Positions 30,666-38,856 of a stretch of DNA of 64,000 bases are shown here, one piece after another. The stretch is from a virus. The DNA is taken from IMG/VR virus record IMGVR_UViG_3300035562_000069, positions 5,781 through 69,780 of that record, one strand, 5' to 3'. A model generated the notes under the pieces. The model was not told the DNA's origin and searched no databases. It saw only the letters and a list, made by a program, of their open reading frames with translations. The position numbers were made by a program, and so were the translations under genes. Position 1 is the first letter of the stretch. Each line of letters opens with the position of its first letter.

Positions 30666-31202
30666 TTACCGAGGCTCTGTTGGTTGTTGGTGTGGGAGGC
30701 TTCGAATACTCTCGCGATCGTTGTTCGCCCTGTCCAGCAAGGTGAGTAACGGGTCAATCCAGAGAACCGCCTGGCGGTATGTCAGTTTGCTGGCGGCAGT
30801 GGAATCAGTAACGGCTCCGTCAGGTTTGCCGGTATCACGCATTGCGATGGCACGTAGACCGTTCGTGTACGAGTACAAGCGCTGAGCAGTAGCGTCAGGG
30901 ATATAGCGATCAGCGCATTCCTCAGTTTTAAGGTCGTTGCGGTTTTCATTTTGCCGTTCCTCACTCTTGGCTGAGATGGTGACGTTGTACTTACCGGCGG
31001 CGGCTGATATCTCATTAGCGCGCTGGAACTGGAATGCCTGCTGGGCATTAGTGACAGTGGCCGTATCCAGATCACTCCGAACCTGGCTCAACTCCCCATC
31101 CTTCGCAACGGATACACCGTAGAAATGGAATGCCATCCAGCCAAGCGCAAAGATCACCGCCAGCAATACACCGGCAAGGGTGAGCAGGATTTTGTTGGTC
31201 AT
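30666..31202 (-). CDS. i-spanin (Rz) whose C-terminal ~40 aa appear to be o-spanin sequence gained by frameshift
   Basis: N-terminal TM helix plus coiled coil; tail LTYRQAVLWIDPLLTLLDRANNDRESIR resembles an o-spanin C-terminus. Confidence 0.75.
   Translation of the reverse strand: MTNKILLTLAGVLLAVIFALGWMAFHFYGVSVAKDGELSQVRSDLDTATVTNAQQAFQFQRANEISAAAGKYNVTISAKSEERQNENRNDLKTEECADRYIPDATAQRLYSYTNGLRAIAMRDTGKPDGAVTDSTAASKLTYRQAVLWIDPLLTLLDRANNDRESIRSLPHQQPTEPR
30782..30949 (-). pseudogene. o-spanin (Rz1) lipoprotein, truncated at 55 aa by an apparent one-base deletion
   Basis: MKTATTLKLRNALIAISLTLLLSA-C lipobox, Pro-rich linker, then TGA at GCAAACTGA. Confidence 0.7.
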
Positions 31203-31334
31203 CTCGGGATCCGGGCTTAACGCAGCTTGCTATGGAAAATGTGAAGGCAACGACAATCAACGCGATTGTAGATTTCGCGTAGCGTTACCGATTCGGAGGT
31301 AATCTTGGAGAAAATGGCCAGAATTAGCCTGTTT

Positions 31335-31883
31335 TCAATGAGCTAGGCAGAGTGCCTTCTCTTTATCGCGCCGAGTGACTAATCCGGGAAGAACCGTTTT
31401 CCCGGAGTAAATCCAGCGCGGCAACTGCTCACAGGCTGCTACAGTTTTACCAGCCAGCAGATATCGGTACATCGTCGATCGGGTGAACTGGCCACAGCCG
31501 ACATTAAAAATAAAACTCCCGACTCCATCGAATACACCCTGGGGAAGTTGCTTCCCCAGTTTGCGCTCGACATTCCCCTCGATGCAGTTCTGCGCATCCA
31601 GTTGGTCTTCTGCAAACCACTTGGCGATCTGTTGATCACTTGCCGTGCTGACAGCGGCAACACCTTTCCCGGTATGGCCGATTCCCTGCGTGATGATGTT
31701 GGCAGGGCATAGATACGGATCCCGGCGGCAGCTCTCAGCATTCCCCATGACTTCCATTGCCGCTTTGGAGAACCGGGGGGGATTACCATTCGCCGATTTG
31801 AAATCACCCGCCTGGTTCAGTACCAGTCCGATTATCACGGACACAGAACAAACGACAGCGGCGACCTTCTTTTTAATCGTCAT
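31335..31883 (-). CDS. SAR-type endolysin (GH24 lysozyme)
   Basis: Basic then weakly hydrophobic N-terminus; E-x8-C-x5-T catalytic pattern (AESCRRDPYLCPANIITQGIGHT). Confidence 0.9.
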   Translation of the reverse strand: MTIKKKVAAVVCSVSVIIGLVLNQAGDFKSANGNPPRFSKAAMEVMGNAESCRRDPYLCPANIITQGIGHTGKGVAAVSTASDQQIAKWFAEDQLDAQNCIEGNVERKLGKQLPQGVFDGVGSFIFNVGCGQFTRSTMYRYLLAGKTVAACEQLPRWIYSGKTVLPGLVTRRDKEKALCLAH

Positions 31884-32122
31884 TTGGCCCGCCCCGGATT
31901 AATGATCGTGGCACCTGCACGAGAAGCCCGTTCAATGGCTCGCGTCTGGCGATTCTGGAAGTACAGGTTTGCGGCAAACGTCGCGATACCAATGATGATA
32001 CCGATGACAATCGCCCAATCGTTCAGAGTGAGATCGTTAAGTAATTTGCCCACCTTCCCCACCAGCACAAGAAACCCCGAAGAGAGGTAGGCCGCGAGGC
32101 TTGCTTTCTCCTGCATTTTCAT
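31880..32122 (-). CDS. Holin (HP1-like/pinholin type) with Met-Lys-Met dual start
   Basis: MKMQEKASLAAYL...LNDWAIVIGIIIGIATFAANLYF; strong RBS GGAGGTGGAG. Confidence 0.8.
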   Translation of the reverse strand: MKMQEKASLAAYLSSGFLVLVGKVGKLLNDLTLNDWAIVIGIIIGIATFAANLYFQNRQTRAIERASRAGATIINPGRAK

Positions 32123-32147
32123 ACTCCACCTCCCCCGCTGGGGGAAT

Positions 32148-32265
32148 AAAAAAGCCTGCAGGGCGAACCATGCAGGCTTAGGACTAACCAATAAAAAAGC
32201 CGAAGTAGCTTTAAGCATACTCCGGTATCTTTCGGAAATTTAGCGCATTATAACTGCTGATGCAA
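32148..32265 (-). promoter_or_regulatory. Late promoter-terminator cassette, copy 4 (canonical pR'-like position), two terminators
   Basis: TTGCAT-17bp(...ATGCGC)-TAAATT-tccg-AAAGAT; terminators at 32193-32225 and 32148-32179. Confidence 0.85.
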
Positions 32266-32269
32266 TGAT

Positions 32270-32503
32270 CTATTTGGCATCTTGTTCTTCATCTTCGGTC
32301 AATTTAACTTCTTTTTCGTTAATTTCTATCGATGCCTCATGCTGACCACAAATTGGCAAGTCGTCCAATAGAGGTAATATCCCTCTTTGTTGATATAAAT
32401 GAGGGTCAAAGGCCATTTGATTCCCTGAAATATCTTCAACAACCGTGTCAACAATTTTGCCATCCGAAAGCAATTTTTTGCATATACCTTTGTAATTTAC
32501 CAT
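32270..32503 (-). CDS. Hypothetical acidic 77-aa protein between Q-like gene and late promoter
   Basis: GAGG RBS before ATG at 32503; AT-rich. Confidence 0.55.
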   Translation of the reverse strand: MVNYKGICKKLLSDGKIVDTVVEDISGNQMAFDPHLYQQRGILPLLDDLPICGQHEASIEINEKEVKLTEDEEQDAK

Positions 32504-32543
32504 CGTCCTCTTATTCCTTTTCATTTAGTTTATTGGCAGATTT

Positions 32544-33356
32544 TCAATAATTGACTTCTTCAATTAATCGATTAGATAACAACGTAGTCGCCAAAGACTC
32601 TTCCACATACAGCCAATCCATGCACTGCTTAACCAGGTGTGAATACTGGCTTACCCAGTCACCCGGCTCAACCGCAGCCCCTATGATACGCATCGACTTA
32701 CGCAGATGCTCCATACTGGCTGGGATTTTTCCCTTACCGCCACACTCTTCACACTCCACCGGGTGCGGCCTAACAGTGCGGCCAGTGCCTGAGCAGCGTG
32801 GGCAAATATTGGTTGTGGCTGCGTGGCGTTCAGACCAGGCGCGCAGTGCTGCACGTTCCCGCTCAATCCGCGTATTCAAATCGGTAATTTCTAATCCAGC
32901 CTCAACGTAAACAGTATCGCTGATCTGCGCCTGACATCGGCGCTTGTCTAAACCCTTAATCTCAGACTGCAACGCCTCAATGTTTTTTCGGGCTTGGGCG
33001 GTACGTGGGCCATACCTGCGGAATAATGATGCGAGATGCGCCACTTGTGCCGGCAGGTTACGCTCAAGCACAATACTGAGGGCTAACTGGCATGCTGCTG
33101 CCGCACGATCAGGATGCGGGCGCTGATGTACCCATTCATTGATAGCTGCTCGTAGCCGCTGCTCTGCTTTGAAATCGTTACGGTACTTCGTCATCAGCAG
33201 ATCGAGGCCAACGGAATACTGCTGCTGCGCGGCTGCGAATGCTCCGAGAATTTGCTCCCTGGTCAGGGAAGAGCGGCCACGGCCTACATTCAATGATTCC
33301 GCGCTTACACAGCGCGGATCGTGCATTTTTATGAGTTGTTCTATTGCATTGGTCAT
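32544..33356 (-). CDS. Q-like late antiterminator with CxxC-x-CxxC zinc finger (TIGR02642-like)
   Basis: CPRCSGTG...CEECGGKG; located immediately upstream of late promoter and lysis genes. Confidence 0.75.
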   Translation of the reverse strand: MTNAIEQLIKMHDPRCVSAESLNVGRGRSSLTREQILGAFAAAQQQYSVGLDLLMTKYRNDFKAEQRLRAAINEWVHQRPHPDRAAAACQLALSIVLERNLPAQVAHLASLFRRYGPRTAQARKNIEALQSEIKGLDKRRCQAQISDTVYVEAGLEITDLNTRIERERAALRAWSERHAATTNICPRCSGTGRTVRPHPVECEECGGKGKIPASMEHLRKSMRIIGAAVEPGDWVSQYSHLVKQCMDWLYVEESLATTLLSNRLIEEVNY

Positions 33357-33367
33357 TGGTCAGTCCT
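33351..33367 (-). repeat. 17-nt start-site repeat AGGACTGACCAATGACC (Q-like gene)
   Basis: Exact copy. Confidence 0.9.
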
Positions 33368-33484
33368 GTAATTAATTGGCAGAACTGATTTTATAGCGTC
33401 TTTATTATAAAACAACCAAAATACAATATACTCCTAATAATCCCGTGTCATAGGCTTTATACTCCAATTTATTTACCTTTGATA

Positions 33485-35965
33485 TCACATTCCATACTTA
33501 AGAAAAACTCCATTTGTCCGGTTAGACTGATATCCTATCAAGTTCTCATAAGAGTCATAACCTTGACACTCATCCATAACAATAATCTCAACCAAAGGGC
33601 ATCCATGAAATTTGATATTTAGTTCTTTATGAAGAGCTTTCAACGCCTGGGAAAACTTTTCCTTTTGATTAGTATCCTTGCATATACTCTCAAAAATCAA
33701 GTATGCAACATCAGGTTCTATCCTCAAAACTTTTTCTTCAAACTTACTTCGATCGTTTTCGCTTTCTATAAATGCAGCGGCTGTCCCCTTAACTTCAGAA
33801 ATTATTAAATCGCCATCAATAATAGCTACAATGTCAATTTCTTGATAGTCATTCTTGTCAGATGACGAATGGAGATTAACTTCAGGAATGTAAACAGATT
33901 GCTTGCTTTTTGACTTCCTCAATAATAATGATACTGCGGCAATAACTGATAATCCATTATGCTCAGCCAAACATCTTAAAACAAATGGTGTAAATGCATA
34001 ACGCCATATCATATCTATTGGTGTGATATATTCCGCTGCACAAACATCACATTCATTCACTAATTTAAGACCATCTAAAACACGTCTATTTGAATTGCCA
34101 CAGTACTCACACCTTACAATATAAACCTGTTCAATAAAGCCAATTTTCACCATATACTCAATTACATCCAGCAAACTGGCACAGAGTAATTCTTTTGCTT
34201 TTCCAATATTTGTAATGTATTCGTCATCTATTACCCCATCAATATTTTTTCCTGGAATCTGCCTTATTTTTGTCTGAAGAGCTACTAACTCATAACCATT
34301 TACACTTTGTTCTCTTAATAAACCTCTAATGAAAACATTGTTAATGATAGATGATGCTTCATATATATTTGAAAACTTCGATACAACCCCTCTGTGCTGT
34401 TGGCCTTTATCCGAAATATTTATATATTCGTATTTATTTTTATCCTTACAAAATTTCCTATAATCATAATAACCTTTGTCATGACACATTAGTAATTTGA
34501 AAACATCCTCATCAGACGGGGACATCAATTGGAGATACTTGTCTTGTTTATTGTTATTACTTCTATACATACCAACAATATTTTCAGAACTTAGAATTGA
34601 GAGCGAGCGGTGTTTGTTTATTTTTGCCGGTTTTTTTGTAAATAACTCAGTGACAACATGCCTACGACATAGCTCCCAATAGTTATTCGTATTGACATAT
34701 AGACTATCATTTTGATAGCGCTCTATAAAAACATCAATAATCCACTCGCCACTCATTAAAAATTGGTGTTCATAATTTATATATGAGAAGTGCTCCGGCC
34801 CCTGCAGCTTAAATTTAGAATTTTTATTAATAGTATTTTCTTGTTGATCTGGCTTTCCTAAAAAACCGTATGGGTGTCGTCCGTCTAGATTAGGTAATGA
34901 TAGTTCATCAGTTTTTCTTGCTAGCTTTATTTCTACATTAGTAAATTGCTTTATTTTCAATATAAATTGCATGCAGTCATCATGCGTCAATGAAGATGTT
35001 CTTATTTCGACACACCCGCTTTGCGATCCATAGTTATATACATTTTTTTCTAAAAACCCACCAAGACTCTTACAAAAATCCTCATCACATGCAACCAATT
35101 TATCGATAATCATTTCAGATATACGCTCGGAACCCGAATAAAATGCCCCATCTTCAGAAATCATCCTTCTATTCCAGAAGTTTATTTTATCCAATGGAGA
35201 TGAACCAAGGTATAATTGGAATCTTACATTCCCAGCGGAACGTTTTTCTTTCGGATGTGAAATGTTTCCAGCATGGATTTTTGACAACAAAGAGAATGTT
35301 AATACTTCATCATTAGTTATAGCATCAACTATGCCCGCGATAGAATTTACTCTAAAATCACCTACATTCATATTTTCAGGAGTTTTTTCATCACAATAAC
35401 AAACCGTTTTAAACACACCATTTATCTTATATGTAAATGCTTCTACATCATGTCTAAACCCAAAGTTATCAGGTACAAAGTCTTTATGTTTTACATTGCC
35501 CTGTTGTGTGAGTAAAATTTTCTCCCCATCAGCATTTAATTTTCTTGCATATGGACTTTTAATTGTTGACAATGATTTAACTGGCTTATAGCGCACTAGC
35601 CTATTGGGGATGAAGCTACCATTTTCCCTCTCAAAACTATGATACCAAAACTCAATTGGCATTGTTATTTTATGCAGTTCCTCAATATCTTCCTGATTTA
35701 ATTTCACATATGAATAAATAAAATCAACTTCATAGTCATGTAACCAATCTAAGTATTTATCATTTAAAACCTTGCGCTTCTCATAGGGTATCAGTAATGT
35801 ATTTATACCTCCCCAACGGCTATAACACTCTTCAAATACTTTATTTATAATATTGCACGAAACCTCATCTTCATCAATAGGGATTAAATACGCAACTTTA
35901 ATAGGTCGGTTCCACAAGTCAACATCGATGCTCTTAGGAAGTTGCTCTAAATTATTTTCTTTCAT
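33485..35965 (-). CDS. 826-aa AT-rich protein with C-terminal Zn ribbon and PD-(D/E)xK nuclease-like motif
   Basis: CEYC...CDVC; QEIDIVAIIDGDLIISEVKG; N-terminal RPIKVAYLIP...WGG; ATGA-coupled to upstream gene. Confidence 0.7.
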   Translation of the reverse strand: MKENNLEQLPKSIDVDLWNRPIKVAYLIPIDEDEVSCNIINKVFEECYSRWGGINTLLIPYEKRKVLNDKYLDWLHDYEVDFIYSYVKLNQEDIEELHKITMPIEFWYHSFERENGSFIPNRLVRYKPVKSLSTIKSPYARKLNADGEKILLTQQGNVKHKDFVPDNFGFRHDVEAFTYKINGVFKTVCYCDEKTPENMNVGDFRVNSIAGIVDAITNDEVLTFSLLSKIHAGNISHPKEKRSAGNVRFQLYLGSSPLDKINFWNRRMISEDGAFYSGSERISEMIIDKLVACDEDFCKSLGGFLEKNVYNYGSQSGCVEIRTSSLTHDDCMQFILKIKQFTNVEIKLARKTDELSLPNLDGRHPYGFLGKPDQQENTINKNSKFKLQGPEHFSYINYEHQFLMSGEWIIDVFIERYQNDSLYVNTNNYWELCRRHVVTELFTKKPAKINKHRSLSILSSENIVGMYRSNNNKQDKYLQLMSPSDEDVFKLLMCHDKGYYDYRKFCKDKNKYEYINISDKGQQHRGVVSKFSNIYEASSIINNVFIRGLLREQSVNGYELVALQTKIRQIPGKNIDGVIDDEYITNIGKAKELLCASLLDVIEYMVKIGFIEQVYIVRCEYCGNSNRRVLDGLKLVNECDVCAAEYITPIDMIWRYAFTPFVLRCLAEHNGLSVIAAVSLLLRKSKSKQSVYIPEVNLHSSSDKNDYQEIDIVAIIDGDLIISEVKGTAAAFIESENDRSKFEEKVLRIEPDVAYLIFESICKDTNQKEKFSQALKALHKELNIKFHGCPLVEIIVMDECQGYDSYENLIGYQSNRTNGVFLKYGM

Positions 35966-37749
35966 TTCACTACCGCCCTATAGCTTATTGGTCTAAGGTC
36001 GAATAAACTTTCAGCCCCCCCCATTTTAATGTACATGCTGCAGCTATTTTCTATAAAATCAAGGTCATAGACACGATACAAAAAATATCTTGCTGCATTA
36101 TCAGCTGAAACGTTAACTTCATTTGATGATATATAAAACGGCGTGTATAAACTACCACGAGTTGTTTTCACTTCTATCAGTATAGAGTTCCCAGATTCAT
36201 CAAATGATTTAATATCATATCCTGCTGAACAATCCCTAAGAGATACTCTCTCTATTTTTGACGCAAGGTCAGGCCGACCTAAACTCAATAATCTCTCTCG
36301 TTCATAATTCATTACTAATTGCTCGCCTTGATCCCCAAGCGTACGGTTCCTTTCATCTGCAGCGGCCCAATCAGGTTGTTGTAAGATTTTAGTTGATTTA
36401 TTATTTTTTTTAACAACTTTAGATTTATTTTCTTCGTTAGGAAAATCAACCACTCTAATTTTAAATGCATCAACATCAAATTCATCAACAAATCCATCAT
36501 TTTTCAGAGCATTTAAAGCGGGAGCTATCTGTAATGAGTTTTTTAATTTAAAGGCTGATTGGCTACTCAGCAACCTCCACGTAAAACGAACTGGATTTGT
36601 TGAATTTTCAACAACCGAATCGTACGCCAACAACCCCAAATAACTATAATTTGATTTTTCTTCGCACCTTAAAAAAAGATGTATATTGCTTGTATTGTGA
36701 TCATGCGACTTTAACCTTTGAACAAAATCACTCTCCGCACTCATTTGTTTCTGTGTTTCCCAATGCAACTGACCTTCGTCGGTAAGTGCATCTTTATATG
36801 GATTGCCAGCATGCGGTTTTTCAATAGTAACAATGAATACTAGATCGTTCGTTTTATTTTTAAGTCTGATTATACCAGAGATACCCCAGCGCCCAGCCCC
36901 TACGGTAAATTTAGAACCAGGCTCAAATAACTGACAAATCCCCTCACGATCATATTTATTTAGTAAAATTGGCTTTAAGTTACCTTTCGACTTAGGTTCA
37001 ATATAAAATCCGTTTGACTTTAAAATTTCAAAACACTCACTATCTTCGCCGCCAGAAAACTCATCTGAAATTAGAAGTCTATTAATTATAGTTTTCGCAG
37101 CGATACCAAATATAAATTTTGGAGGGTAACGGTTTCCTTCATAAACTAAATCGTAAGTTGTCGAGTGCCGATAGCAGTAGCGCCATGGTTCGTATTGGCT
37201 ATAGTCCCTAATGGCTTCTCTAATATCCCTTGAGCTAAGCTCACGCATTAGTTCCTTTACATCATGGACCCTACCACTGGGGCCTTTATTAATGTCTACA
37301 AAACCATTACCGTCAAAGTATATACTAGCTTTTGACATTAAAAATGATGCCATATCAAAATCAATTTTCGATATGTATGCTCCTTGCTGAGGTACACCAT
37401 TTTTGTTTATAGGTGATAAATAATCACGTTTTATTGCAACCAGATGCTTTATATGTTCTTTAACATCAACCACTTTATTTAGCGGTTCAAACTTCACCTT
37501 TACTTCAAAATGTTCACTACCTTTCCAGTCAATAACTCTTGCTTCTTTTGACTTTACCACCCCAACGTTGGTTATTTTTTGGTCAAAGCATGCAAAAACT
37601 ATATCACCTTTTCTAGCTTGGCCTAGCATCTCGCGATAACCAAGCTTTGAATCACCGCCAATACCCGCAATAAGGATACCGTCACGAATTTCTATAACAT
37701 GACGTTCTTTATTATGATTAACCCAGAAAAACTGCTGTTCATTATCCAT
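35962..37749 (-). CDS. 595-aa multidomain nuclease: EVE/PUA-like, ScoMcrA-N-like, DUF3427-like and C-terminal DUF3883 (PD-(D/E)xK)
   Basis: FFWVNH...KGDIVF; STTYDLVYEGNRYPPK...FSGG; LHWETQ...IHLFLR...YSYLG; LGDQGEQLV...AGYDIKSF...IEVKTT...FYISSNE. Confidence 0.8.
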   Translation of the reverse strand: MDNEQQFFWVNHNKERHVIEIRDGILIAGIGGDSKLGYREMLGQARKGDIVFACFDQKITNVGVVKSKEARVIDWKGSEHFEVKVKFEPLNKVVDVKEHIKHLVAIKRDYLSPINKNGVPQQGAYISKIDFDMASFLMSKASIYFDGNGFVDINKGPSGRVHDVKELMRELSSRDIREAIRDYSQYEPWRYCYRHSTTYDLVYEGNRYPPKFIFGIAAKTIINRLLISDEFSGGEDSECFEILKSNGFYIEPKSKGNLKPILLNKYDREGICQLFEPGSKFTVGAGRWGISGIIRLKNKTNDLVFIVTIEKPHAGNPYKDALTDEGQLHWETQKQMSAESDFVQRLKSHDHNTSNIHLFLRCEEKSNYSYLGLLAYDSVVENSTNPVRFTWRLLSSQSAFKLKNSLQIAPALNALKNDGFVDEFDVDAFKIRVVDFPNEENKSKVVKKNNKSTKILQQPDWAAADERNRTLGDQGEQLVMNYERERLLSLGRPDLASKIERVSLRDCSAGYDIKSFDESGNSILIEVKTTRGSLYTPFYISSNEVNVSADNAARYFLYRVYDLDFIENSCSMYIKMGGAESLFDLRPISYRAVVK

Positions 37750-37782
37750 ACCAACACCCTATCCTTTGCGTGTTTTTAGGAT

Positions 37783-37811
37783 AAATTACCTTTTAGTTAC
37801 TGCAGTTTCAA
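37783..37811 (-). promoter_or_regulatory. Putative sigma70 promoter for the two-gene nuclease operon
   Basis: TTGAAA-17bp-TAATTT, 34 nt upstream of ATG 37749. Confidence 0.55.
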
Positions 37812-37890
37812 TTGAGAATCCAGGTGCTACTTATCATTCCACGTATAAACCGCCTCAGTTAATTTCATATACAATAATGAGCAACATCAA

Positions 37891-38208
37891 TTATTCCATT
37901 ATCAATAAATCATGTCCTATCCATATACCTATTGTCCTATGCAACGCATAGAATAAAACCTCATTAAGCTCACCTTGCCGCCAGTCGTATGGTATACGTC
38001 CATCGATTACATCGTGACAACTGGAGCATCCGAAAACAGCCCAGTAATCATCGCTTTTATACCCCATGCCATGGGTGCTACTGGGGAGATGACATAAAAC
38101 CGTTGTTTCCGGGTTCCCGTTGCAAATTCCAGGAATCTGCAGCGTACAGCACTGACCACGCGCCGAATCACGCAAGGCCTTACTCCTAAATGCTGGTGAC
38201 TTTCGCAC
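37891..38208 (-). CDS. DUF1364/YbcO-family nuclease-like nin protein
   Basis: SARGQCCTLQIPGICNGNPETTVLCHL...GCSSCHDVID. Confidence 0.85.
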   Translation of the reverse strand: MRKSPAFRSKALRDSARGQCCTLQIPGICNGNPETTVLCHLPSSTHGMGYKSDDYWAVFGCSSCHDVIDGRIPYDWRQGELNEVLFYALHRTIGIWIGHDLLIME

Positions 38209-38856
38209 TCAATACTCCAAGAGCCGATTAACGGCCTGTTCCATCTCATGCTCATCGGCGAAATGCTGTTGCAGCGTCTCGTTCCAGATGATGCCTGCGA
38301 CACCGCTATAAACCTTGTCGAACTTCTCCTGACTCATATTGACGAAAGCAATGCTCCAGCGCTGCTTCAGCGTTCCACCATCCGGGTTCGCGGCCAGGTC
38401 ATAGAAACCGGCCTTTACCATGACGTGATTGAGGTAAGCTTCCGTCGTTTTCACAGCTTCGGCGTCAAAACGCCGCTGACGTTGCGCAGCAACGCGCTGC
38501 AGCACACTGTCGGCGATCAGCTTTGTGATGTTGTCATACAGCAGCGGATCGCCAGCCTGCGCCGCCAGCGTCTTCGCTACCTCATGCGCAATCCACTTTT
38601 CTGGATCGCTAACGAACGTCCAATCTGGCTCCCAATACGAAAAGCCCAACTCCAGCAGCTTCCAGAATTTGCGGTGGTGCTTCAGGTTCCGGCGGTCGCC
38701 GATCGGTCGCATGGCGATAGGAGTGCCCGTAGGCACCCCTTTCATCGTGTCCCTGTCGTGGTCGGTCGCGTATTTGATACCGCCACCTGGTAGCAGCACC
38801 CCCAACGCTTCCGTCTTATGCTTTCTCGAGGACTTAGTTCGCGGCGCGGCTGTCAT
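38209..38856 (-). CDS. DUF1367-family (NinB-like) protein
   Basis: RNLKHHRKFWKLL...SIAFVNMSQEKFDKVY. Confidence 0.8.
   Translation of the reverse strand: MTAAPRTKSSRKHKTEALGVLLPGGGIKYATDHDRDTMKGVPTGTPIAMRPIGDRRNLKHHRKFWKLLELGFSYWEPDWTFVSDPEKWIAHEVAKTLAAQAGDPLLYDNITKLIADSVLQRVAAQRQRRFDAEAVKTTEAYLNHVMVKAGFYDLAANPDGGTLKQRWSIAFVNMSQEKFDKVYSGVAGIIWNETLQQHFADEHEMEQAVNRLLEY

Noticed and set aside
31203-31334. Interrupted hydrophobic reading frame between endolysin and Rz
   Set aside because: Two stops and no clear start; too weak to call a pseudogene
32123-32236. Toxin cargo (stx-like) under the late promoter
   Set aside because: Interval holds only two terminators and the holin RBS
8622-32265. 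Repeated cassette or 17-nt repeat read as CRISPR, REP or tRNA elements
   Set aside because: Copies are dispersed over kilobases without regular spacers, cas genes or cloverleaf; no CRISPR array, tRNA or rRNA was seen in the window
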